Below are positions 36,357 through 43,409 of a DNA stretch of 61,889 nt, piece by piece. Source of the DNA: Candidatus Saccharimonadales bacterium (GTDB lineage Bacteria > Patescibacteriota > Saccharimonadia > Saccharimonadales > UBA10212); NCBI GenBank assembly GCA_038245195.1, contig JBBRSU010000004.1, forward strand, positions 1-61,889. Direction: 5' to 3'. Below the pieces are notes generated by a model, which worked only from the letters and a program-made list of their open reading frames with translations, had not been told where the DNA came from and searched no databases. Each line of letters opens with the position of its first letter. The stretch's first letter is position 1. The position numbers and the translations under genes are program-made.

Positions 36357-37208
36357 ATGATGAAACGCATAGCATTGTTTGGCATCGCAATTATCACCGT
36401 TACGCTAGTCTCTTATTACGTTGTTCATGCTTTACCAGTAAAATCTGCGGGTAACCTAACAGCAACGAGCGTAGTAGCTAGTGCAGAGGATATACCAGCT
36501 GATGTACCACGTGACGTAGCCACAGACCTTAATACCGTCATTGAAAAATACTCGAATTTATCCATTGCGGTATCTTTAACCGATTTGGAGAATAATCAGA
36601 CCTACAATGCAGGTGCTGTTGATACGACGTTCAAAGGAGCGAGTACTATAAAGGTATTTACCGCAGTGTACTATATGCATCAAGTTGAAGCTGGTAAAGC
36701 CAGCTTGACGCATCAAATTGACGGTGTAAGCGCCCGTACGCTTCTGCAACGGATGCTTCAAAATAGTGACAACGACGCTTGGGCAGCCATCACTACCTAC
36801 CTTGGCAGCAGTAATATCCAGTCATATGCCCAAAGTATTGGTCTGACTTCATTTTACGGTTACGACTACAATGCGATCAAAGCTTCTGACTACGCGAAGT
36901 TGCTAGTTAAGTTGTACAAAGGTGAGCTTATTAGTGACGAGAATCGCGCTACCCTATATTCCTTCATGCAAGACACTGATAATGACACCCTCATCCCAGC
37001 TGCTCTACCAAACGATGCCACGGTCTATCACAAATGGGGAGATTTGTGGGGCAATTTGCATGATATTGCCATAGTCCAATACCAAGGACACTCCTTTGCG
37101 CTTGTTATTTTTACAAATAATACTGATGGAACCCAGGCTCTTTACTCTACTCAAGTAGCAGCCATCAAAGAAGTTACGAAGACAGCTATAATAGACCTCA
37201 AGTATTAA
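36357..37208 (+). CDS. Class A beta-lactamase-like serine hydrolase (atypical motifs)
   Basis: N-terminal anchor/signal. SxxK is present as ASTIK and SDN as NSDND. The third box reads HKWG instead of K(T/S)G, and no clear ExxLN omega-loop motif is visible. Confidence 0.65.
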   Translation: MMKRIALFGIAIITVTLVSYYVVHALPVKSAGNLTATSVVASAEDIPADVPRDVATDLNTVIEKYSNLSIAVSLTDLENNQTYNAGAVDTTFKGASTIKVFTAVYYMHQVEAGKASLTHQIDGVSARTLLQRMLQNSDNDAWAAITTYLGSSNIQSYAQSIGLTSFYGYDYNAIKASDYAKLLVKLYKGELISDENRATLYSFMQDTDNDTLIPAALPNDATVYHKWGDLWGNLHDIAIVQYQGHSFALVIFTNNTDGTQALYSTQVAAIKEVTKTAIIDLKY

Positions 37209-37260
37209 AATATACAAAGTCCTAGACTTCCAACTCTTTCGCGGTACCCTGTACCTTGCA

Positions 37261-38547
37261 ATGGAAACAACACAAGAACTCAAATTCTGTCTCTATGCTC
37301 GGAAGTCGAGTGAATCTGACGAACGCCAAGCAATGTCTATCGACTCTCAAATCAAGGAAATGCAAGCTATGGCAACTCGCGAGGAGCTGAACGTCGTCGT
37401 CATAAAAAAAGAGAGCTTCTCGGCAAAGGAATCAGGGCACAGGCCTGTATTCAATGAGTTGCTGCACGACCTGAGGAATGGCAAGTACAATGCAATTCTG
37501 ACGTGGGCTCCCGACCGACTAAGCAGAAATGCAGGAGACTTAGGATCGCTCGTAGATTTAATGGACTTGAATCGACTTCAGCGCATCCGCACATTTGGAC
37601 AGAGCTTCAGCAACACGCCAAACGAGAAATTCTTACTGATGATTCTGTGCTCACAAGCCAAACTCGAGAACGATAATCGAGGTATCAACGTAAAGCGCGG
37701 CATACGTGCCAAATGCGAAATGGGCTGGCGACCAGGTGCAGCACCCATTGGTTATGTCAATCGAGCATTCGGTGGTGTTAGAGATATTGTGCTTGATACT
37801 GATCGAGCACCGGTTGTAAAAGAAATGTTTGAGCGATCGGGATTACTACACCAAAGCGGCAGAACAATAAAAGATTGGCTGGACGAAACAGGCTTTAAGA
37901 CAAAGTCAGGTGCAGAATTGTCCCTTAGTCAGATATACAGAATCATGACCAATCCTTTCTACTACGGATACTTCGAGTATCCTGCTGGTGGCCCGCTATA
38001 TAAAGGCATGCACCCACCAATCATTACTAAAGAGTTATTCGACATGGTTCGGTCACGGATGGACTCACTTGTACCCGAAAAACCTGCATGGGGATCGAAA
38101 CAATTCCCATTTAAGCATCTATTCTACTGCGGGTCGTGTGGTTCTAGGCTAACTGTCGAGGAGCACTTCAAAAAAAGAGTAGATGGTGGCAAGAACAGGC
38201 ATGTTTACTACCGTTGCACTAAGTCAACTAAAGATCCCGACTGTCCCGAACGTTCGATCACTACCATTATGATAACCGAGCAAATTTTAGTGATGATAGA
38301 AGCATCAGACTTTGACGATATCGAGCCGACCGAGAAGCTATTCAATAGGATTGAGCAACACAAACGAATAACGAGCCAATTAATCAAAGATCATGGACTA
38401 CATCTCTCTGAGCGAGCTCACTTCAGGAACTATGCTAGCTATGTGCTCAAGCAGGGCACTATAAGCGAGCAAGACGGACTTCTAAGGGGTCTAAATGTCC
38501 CATTATTCGTCAAAAACAAGCAAATCTACCGCAGATTAACCGACTAA
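37261..38547 (+). CDS. Large serine recombinase (resolvase catalytic domain, recombinase domain and zinc ribbon)
   Basis: YARKSSESDERQAMSIDSQ (catalytic Ser region), APDRLSRN, the recombinase-domain GW/PxGY pattern, and CGSCGSRL...YYRCTK...CPE zinc-ribbon cysteines. Confidence 0.88.
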   Translation: METTQELKFCLYARKSSESDERQAMSIDSQIKEMQAMATREELNVVVIKKESFSAKESGHRPVFNELLHDLRNGKYNAILTWAPDRLSRNAGDLGSLVDLMDLNRLQRIRTFGQSFSNTPNEKFLLMILCSQAKLENDNRGINVKRGIRAKCEMGWRPGAAPIGYVNRAFGGVRDIVLDTDRAPVVKEMFERSGLLHQSGRTIKDWLDETGFKTKSGAELSLSQIYRIMTNPFYYGYFEYPAGGPLYKGMHPPIITKELFDMVRSRMDSLVPEKPAWGSKQFPFKHLFYCGSCGSRLTVEEHFKKRVDGGKNRHVYYRCTKSTKDPDCPERSITTIMITEQILVMIEASDFDDIEPTEKLFNRIEQHKRITSQLIKDHGLHLSERAHFRNYASYVLKQGTISEQDGLLRGLNVPLFVKNKQIYRRLTD

Positions 38548-38590
38548 ACAATAAGAGTCGAATTAACGACCCTTATTGTTAATATTTCTC
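38547..38590 (+). terminator. Hairpin terminator after the recombinase gene
   Basis: AACAATAAG-a-GTCG (38547-38560) pairs with CGAC-c-CTTATTGTT (38567-38580). That gives 13 bp with one mismatch and a 6-nt loop, followed by a T-rich tract. Confidence 0.55.
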
Positions 38591-38647
38591 TCTTTGCTGA
38601 TGCAAAAGCAGAATTAGGGACTTAGGTCTAAAATTCTGCTGTCGCAT

Positions 38648-38674
38648 CTGGCTGGGGAGGAGGGATTCGAACCC
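38648..38674. repeat. Distal copy of the 27-bp direct repeat, identical to the 3' end of tRNA-Gln (att-like scar)
   Basis: CTGGCTGGGGAGGAGGGATTCGAACCC at 38648-38674 is identical to 39994-40020. The flanking bases differ on both sides. The sequence beyond it cannot be folded into the rest of a tRNA. Confidence 0.85.
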
Positions 38675-38806
38675 GCACTAATTTACTACCATCGGATCTA
38701 ACGACTCGCCCTATACTAGCTTACATCTCACCCCTGTCAAAATGATTATAGTAAAGGTTGAGTTCAGTCTTTAAGAGTTCAAATTTCTGCTTGCCTATAG
38801 TGTGGT

Positions 38807-38826
38807 AATTGGATATAATTGGATAT
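38807..38826 (+). repeat. Perfect tandem duplication AATTGGATAT x2 in the fic promoter region
   Basis: The units at 38807-38816 and 38817-38826 are identical. Their junction creates TATAAT (38814-38819), 24 nt upstream of the fic ATG. Confidence 0.8.
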
Positions 38827-38843
38827 AGAAGGAATAGCCGATT

Positions 38844-39896
38844 ATGGGTAGACTGGACGAACGACTCGAAAAACTATCATTGTCAACAGTAACTCTGCTG
38901 AGTCAGATTGATAATCTGAACGGTCAGTGGATTGGTGGAGCACGATTGAGCCCCCAAGCCCTCGGCCGACTAAAGCGTTCCGTGCTGGTGACGTCGACTG
39001 GTGCTTCCACCCGTATTGAAGGCGCAAAATTATCAGACGAAGAAGTGGAGAAGCTCATGCGGGGCTTGTCCATGCAAAAGCTAATCGATCGTGATGCCCA
39101 AGAGGTACGAGGCTATTACGAAATACTTGCTACCGTTTTCGATTCTTGGCAAGACATTGAGCTCACCGAGAGTAGTATTAAGAACCTGCATTCGCAGCTT
39201 CTGAAGTATTCAACCAAAGATGAACGGCAGCGTGGTGAATACAAGAAATTAGAGAATAAGGTGGTGGCGACAGATGTTGCAGGTAAGGTAGTAGGTACCA
39301 TCTTTGAAACGACTGCAGCCTATCTGACCCCAAAGGAAATGAGCGAGCTGGTTGATTGGACAAGAACAAAGTTAGCTGAAAAGGCGGATCATCCGCTTCT
39401 GGTTATTGCGAACTTCATTATTGAATTTCTAAAGATCCACCCATTTCTTGATGGGAATGGCCGTCTATCTCGTATTCTCACCAATCTACTGATGCTTCAA
39501 GTCGGGTATCAATACATGCCCTACGTATCTCATGAAAAGTTCATAGAAGATAACAAAACGGAATATTATATTGTTCTACGGAAAAGTCAGACTACTTTTA
39601 GGGCAGCAGATGAAACCATAGCACCATGGGCTGCATTCTTTCTAGAAATTGCTCAAGCACAAGCTAGGCAGGCAATCGCGTTATTGTCTGCTGAATCAAT
39701 CGAAAAACTCCTTTCACCTAACCAACTACTGGTCTGGCAGTACATTCAAACAGTAGACGAAGCAAGAACACAAGATATTACTGAAGCAACTAGCGTTGCC
39801 CGTCCTACCGTGCGCCAGGCTGTTGAGCGACTTCTAACACTCAAAAAGATAGAACGAATTGGTCAAGGAAGAACTACTCGTTATAGAAAGATATAG
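38844..39896 (+). CDS. Class II Fic-domain protein (AMPylase-type motif) with an N-terminal inhibitory motif and a C-terminal winged HTH
   Basis: The Fic motif HPFLDGNGRLSR matches HxFx(D/E)GNGRxxR. STRIEG upstream matches the (S/T)xxxE(G/N) inhibitory helix. The C-terminus ARPTVRQAVERLLTLKKIERIGQGRTTRY is wHTH-like. SD GAAGGAA is present. Confidence 0.88.
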   Translation: MGRLDERLEKLSLSTVTLLSQIDNLNGQWIGGARLSPQALGRLKRSVLVTSTGASTRIEGAKLSDEEVEKLMRGLSMQKLIDRDAQEVRGYYEILATVFDSWQDIELTESSIKNLHSQLLKYSTKDERQRGEYKKLENKVVATDVAGKVVGTIFETTAAYLTPKEMSELVDWTRTKLAEKADHPLLVIANFIIEFLKIHPFLDGNGRLSRILTNLLMLQVGYQYMPYVSHEKFIEDNKTEYYIVLRKSQTTFRAADETIAPWAAFFLEIAQAQARQAIALLSAESIEKLLSPNQLLVWQYIQTVDEARTQDITEATSVARPTVRQAVERLLTLKKIERIGQGRTTRYRKI

Positions 39897-39912
39897 GGAA
39901 GAGGGACTCGAA
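39893..39912. repeat. Degenerate third copy of the tRNA-Gln 3'-end sequence
   Basis: ATAGGGAAGAGGGACTCGAA matches CTGGGGAGGAGGGATTCGAA (39998-40017) at 16 of 20 positions. It overlaps the fic stop codon. Confidence 0.4.
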
Positions 39913-39940
39913 ATACCCCACCCCCGTTAAGATGTCTTTA

Positions 39941-39977
39941 CAAAAATAATAGACCGTTGCATAGCAATACGGTCTAT
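39941..39977 (-). terminator. Rho-independent terminator downstream of tRNA-Gln
   Basis: 9-bp stem ATAGACCGT (39949-39957) / ACGGTCTAT (39969-39977). On the minus strand it is followed by TATTTTTG. Confidence 0.65.
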
Positions 39978-39994
39978 CTCTGTTAAATACCTGC

Positions 39995-40069
39995 TGGCTG
40001 GGGAGGAGGGATTCGAACCCCCGAATGCCAGTACCAAAAACTGGTGCCTTACCACTTGGCCACTCCCCA
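39995..40069 (-). tRNA. tRNA-Gln (anticodon UUG), CCA encoded
   Basis: Manual cloverleaf: acceptor UGGGGAG/CUCCCCA with the U1-A72 pair and G73 discriminator typical of bacterial tRNA-Gln. D arm GCC/GGC. Anticodon stem CCAGU/ACUGG with loop UUUUGGU (anticodon UUG). T arm GGGGG-UUCGAAU-CCCUC. 75 nt including CCA. Confidence 0.9.
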
Positions 40070-40120
40070 TCAATCGCACCCTTTATTTTAATTGCTTGTC
40101 GGGCTTTAGTCTACCACTGT

Positions 40121-40149
40121 TTTACAGATAAAGAGATTAATCTTATAAT
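40121..40149 (+). promoter_or_regulatory. Near-consensus sigma-70-type promoter upstream of the hydrolase-GT4-GT4-transporter block
   Basis: TTTACA (40121-40126), a 17-bp spacer, then TATAAT (40144-40149). The ATG at 40161 lies 11 nt after the -10. Confidence 0.55.
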
Positions 40150-40160
40150 AGAGGTTAAGA

Positions 40161-41096
40161 ATGAACAACACACCGAATAATCCGGCTGATTTTATAGTGC
40201 CGCTAAACATTAATGGATTAAAGGGCCGCATGCTAAGACTACCGGCTAGAACTCGGACCTCGAGAGAGGTTTTATTTATCTACGGCCAGCACTCTTCGCT
40301 GGAAAGGTGGTGGGGGATCGCTTTGGAACTAAACAAGATAGGCGCACTGACTATGCCCGATTTACCGGGTTTAGGCGGTATGTCACCTCTTTATTCAATC
40401 GGAAAAACCGCCACGATTGATAACATGGCCGACTATTTAGCAACCTTTATAAAACTTAAGTACCGGAATAAAAAAGTAACGATTGCTGCGATGAGCCTCG
40501 GCTTCGTAATTGTTACTAGAATGTTACAAAAATATCCGGAGTTATCCCATAAAGTTGACTTTCTGGTCAGCATTGTCGGGTTTGCTCACGGCGATGATTT
40601 AAAATTTTCGAAAAGAAGATTGTTCTTGTACCGTGTTTGCTCCAAGCTCTTCACATATAAATATCCGGCGATACTGTTTCGTTACATTGCTCTCCAACCG
40701 TTTATCCTCAAAACGGTTTATCATCGAACCCATAATGCTAAAGAAAAATTTACAGCTATGTCGGGAGAGGAGTTTAAGAAGACCATGGATGTAGAGATTG
40801 AGCTCTGGCATATTAACGATGTTAGAACTCAGTTTAAAAACTATCTTGAGATGTTCGATTTAGACAACACGGACAGGCCCGTCAAACTACCCGTATATCA
40901 TGTTGCTACCAAAAACGATCGGTTTTTTAACAATACTAAAGTAGAAGAGCATATGCGTCGAGTATTCACCGACTTCCATATGTTTTATTCGAATGCCCCT
41001 AATCACGCACCGACCGTGATTGCAACAGCCAAAGAAGCTGCCCCTTTTATGCCCCAGAAACTTCGGAAAATCATAACCAAAAAGGTTAAACTATAA
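40161..41096 (+). CDS. Alpha/beta hydrolase
   Basis: 311 aa. The FIYGQHSS oxyanion region and an AMSLG nucleophile elbow. A C-terminal D...H pattern is also present. Confidence 0.65.
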   Translation: MNNTPNNPADFIVPLNINGLKGRMLRLPARTRTSREVLFIYGQHSSLERWWGIALELNKIGALTMPDLPGLGGMSPLYSIGKTATIDNMADYLATFIKLKYRNKKVTIAAMSLGFVIVTRMLQKYPELSHKVDFLVSIVGFAHGDDLKFSKRRLFLYRVCSKLFTYKYPAILFRYIALQPFILKTVYHRTHNAKEKFTAMSGEEFKKTMDVEIELWHINDVRTQFKNYLEMFDLDNTDRPVKLPVYHVATKNDRFFNNTKVEEHMRRVFTDFHMFYSNAPNHAPTVIATAKEAAPFMPQKLRKIITKKVKL

Positions 41097-41104
41097 CTAG
41101 TAAT

Positions 41105-42307
41105 ATGAAGATAGCCCTAGTTTGTCCATATAACATGTTCGAAAAATCTGGCGGGGTTGCTGAAGTAGTTACCCATCTTCACGACGGATTAACAAAAAAA
41201 GGGCATACGGTTAAGATCATTACCCCCTGCCCGGCTGAGTACGAAGGTAGTCCGCCAAAGGACTATATTCTACTTGGGAAATCTAGCAAGGTAACAAAGT
41301 TCAATGCGGGTCTGGCTACTGGCGGTACCTGGACTTTTAATATAGATAGTGACGAGATATCAGCTGTCCTAGATCGTGAAAAATTTGATGTTATTAATTT
41401 TCACGAACCTTGGGCACCAATTCTAGCTCGACAAATGCTTCAACTTTCAGATGCAGCCCATGTTGGCACTTTCCACGCCAATCTAGTTGATAGTGTAGCC
41501 GCTAAATCACTGGTAAATCTGTTTGTTCCATACGGTAGGGGGATTGGAGAAAAGCTTGATATTATAACTGCCGTATCGCCAGCTCCAGCCAAAGTTTTCT
41601 TAGATAAGGATCCAGACCACCGACTAGCCAAGACTATTCGATATATTCCAAATGGGATTGACATCAGAAAATATCGTACTAAGCCTCCAATGGCCGTGAA
41701 AAATCCAAAAATTAAAACAATTCTGTATATCGGTCGTCTGGAAGGCCGAAAGGGTGTCAAATACCTTTTAATGGCCTTTAATGAATTAGCTTCTCGCCAA
41801 CCAAATGTTCAACTTATGATTGCTGGTCAAGGTCCAGACGATCAAAAATTACGTGATTACGTAAATGAAATAGGTATTCCTCGAGTTACTTTTTTAGGAC
41901 ATATTTCGGATGAGGATAAGATTCATCATTTACACCGAGCCGACGTGTTTTGCTCACCGGCAACTCGAGGGGAAAGTTTCGGGATTGTTTTACTCGAAGC
42001 AATGGCCGCTGGTGCACCAATCGTAGCAGGTGATAATTTGGGCTACCTCAGTGTGCTGAAAGGTACGGGTGCAATCTCCTTGGTAAACCCAAAGGACACT
42101 GTTGATTTTGCTAGACGATTAGAAATTCTTTCGTTCGATAATGATTTAAGAAGTCTGTGGCTTAAATGGGCAAGCGAGTATATTAAACAGTTTGAATACA
42201 CTAAAGTCGTCGATTTGTATGAAGATGCGTATAAAGAGGCATTAAAAAACCATGGCAAACAAACGCCAGTTAAAAATCGGTTTAGTTTTCGACGACAGCC
42301 TAGATAG
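41105..42307 (+). CDS. GT4-family glycosyltransferase (PimA/PimB-like)
   Basis: MKIALVCPY...GGV N-terminus and the EX7E-type region RGESFGIVLLEAMAAGAPIV. Confidence 0.88.
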   Translation: MKIALVCPYNMFEKSGGVAEVVTHLHDGLTKKGHTVKIITPCPAEYEGSPPKDYILLGKSSKVTKFNAGLATGGTWTFNIDSDEISAVLDREKFDVINFHEPWAPILARQMLQLSDAAHVGTFHANLVDSVAAKSLVNLFVPYGRGIGEKLDIITAVSPAPAKVFLDKDPDHRLAKTIRYIPNGIDIRKYRTKPPMAVKNPKIKTILYIGRLEGRKGVKYLLMAFNELASRQPNVQLMIAGQGPDDQKLRDYVNEIGIPRVTFLGHISDEDKIHHLHRADVFCSPATRGESFGIVLLEAMAAGAPIVAGDNLGYLSVLKGTGAISLVNPKDTVDFARRLEILSFDNDLRSLWLKWASEYIKQFEYTKVVDLYEDAYKEALKNHGKQTPVKNRFSFRRQPR

Positions 42308-43409
42308 TAGCGATGGCGTTGCCCAGTACGTCAAAACTCTAGGAGCATGGTTATCTATTTCTGGGCATGAGGTAATTTATCTAGTTGGTGAAACAAAAAT
42401 TAAAGATTGGAAACACGGGAAAGTATATTCATTATCAAAAAACATCAAAGTAAAATTTAATGGCAATCACCTATCAATCCCCTTGCCTGCAAATTTAAAA
42501 AAAATTAAGCAAGTTCTTAGTCATGAACAGCCAGACATCTTACATATAATGGTGCCTTATTCTCCGTTTATGGCTCAAAGAGTTATTTCGGCTGTTAGGA
42601 GAAATATCGCTATTGTCGGCACCTTTCATATTTACCCAGCCGGCAAACTAGCTAGATTCGGTGGCCGTTTGTTAGGTTTTTGGTACGGCACTAAAGTTAA
42701 GCGCATAAATCCAATCGTCAGCGTTAGCTCGGCAGCTCAAGATTATGCCCAACAGACCTTCAGGATCCAGTCAGAGATCATTCCCAACCCCGTAAATATT
42801 AAACGGTTCAGCTCTGCAAGAATTCCAAATGTACAAAATGACATTGTTTTTTTAGGCCGTTTAGTCAAACGCAAGGGCTGTAATGAGTTAATTGATGCTT
42901 TCTATAATCTTTCAAAGCTACATCCAGATGTAAGTTTAATTATTGCGGGGGACGGTCCGCTTAGAACTAAACTAGAATCAAAATGTAAAAAGCTAGATAT
43001 TGCTAATAGAGTAAAATTTTTAGGGTATGTCTCTGAAGCTGATAAACCAGGATTGTTGGCTGCTGCCAGAATCGCCTGCTTCCCCTCTCTTTACGGTGAG
43101 AGTTTTGGAATAGTTTTACTAGAAGCCATGGCCGCCGGAGCTAAGGTTGTGCTTGGCGGTGATAATCCCGGTTATCGTAGCGTCTTAGCACAGGAGCCTA
43201 ACTTACTGATATCACCCTGTGATACGGGGGCATTTACTCGGCGATTACACATGCTCCTGACTGATAATGTCGAGGCTGAGAGATTAAACAAATGGCAGGC
43301 TCAAGCAGTTAAGCAATATGATATAGAGGTAGTGGGTCCGAAGCTACTATCAATCTATAACGAACAGATTGCACGTCAGATTGAAAAGAGTCATAATAAA
43401 AAACAATGA
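42252..43409 (+). CDS. GT4-family glycosyltransferase (tandem paralogue)
   Basis: IGLVFDDSLDSSDGVAQYV N-terminus and GESFGIVLLEAMAAGAKVV. It overlaps the upstream GT4 gene by 56 nt. Confidence 0.85.
   Translation: MANKRQLKIGLVFDDSLDSSDGVAQYVKTLGAWLSISGHEVIYLVGETKIKDWKHGKVYSLSKNIKVKFNGNHLSIPLPANLKKIKQVLSHEQPDILHIMVPYSPFMAQRVISAVRRNIAIVGTFHIYPAGKLARFGGRLLGFWYGTKVKRINPIVSVSSAAQDYAQQTFRIQSEIIPNPVNIKRFSSARIPNVQNDIVFLGRLVKRKGCNELIDAFYNLSKLHPDVSLIIAGDGPLRTKLESKCKKLDIANRVKFLGYVSEADKPGLLAAARIACFPSLYGESFGIVLLEAMAAGAKVVLGGDNPGYRSVLAQEPNLLISPCDTGAFTRRLHMLLTDNVEAERLNKWQAQAVKQYDIEVVGPKLLSIYNEQIARQIEKSHNKKQ

Larger units (their letters stand above)
30766..39993 (+). mobile_element. Composite genomic island adjacent to tRNA-Gln: TCS, ABC transporter, LCP and bla-like cargo, a large serine recombinase, and a Fic cassette bounded by a tRNA-derived direct repeat
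   Basis: All genes are co-oriented and a recombinase gene is present. The 27-bp direct repeat at 38648-38674 equals the 3' end of tRNA-Gln at 39994-40020. A pseudogene and an orphan terminator sit at the left flank. The cargo duplicates a chromosomal RR-HK-LCP set. The left boundary is not defined. Confidence 0.5.

Noticed and set aside
30795-38629. The shared 7-mer TAGGTCT at 30795-30801 and 38623-38629, considered as possible serine-recombinase attL/attR cores.
   Set aside because: A single 7-nt match between two windows of about 60 nt is within chance expectation, and the flanking bases show no dyad relationship. This is not enough to call element ends.
38648-38735. A possible second tRNA gene or a tmRNA 3' end, starting from the tRNA-like sequence GGTTCGAATCCCTCCTCCCCAGCCA.
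   Set aside because: Only the T arm, 3' acceptor and CCA portion is present. The upstream sequence offers no complementary 5' acceptor strand, D arm or anticodon arm, and the T stem itself is broken (GCGGG against CCCTC). It is better explained as an att-type partial duplication of tRNA-Gln.
41972-43142. Nucleotide-level repeat between the two GT4 genes (the ESFGIVLLEAMAAGA regions) as a possible recombination or phase-variation substrate.
   Set aside because: The similarity is at the protein-motif level, with many synonymous and non-synonymous differences in the DNA. It is ordinary paralogy, not a repeat capable of slippage or inversion.
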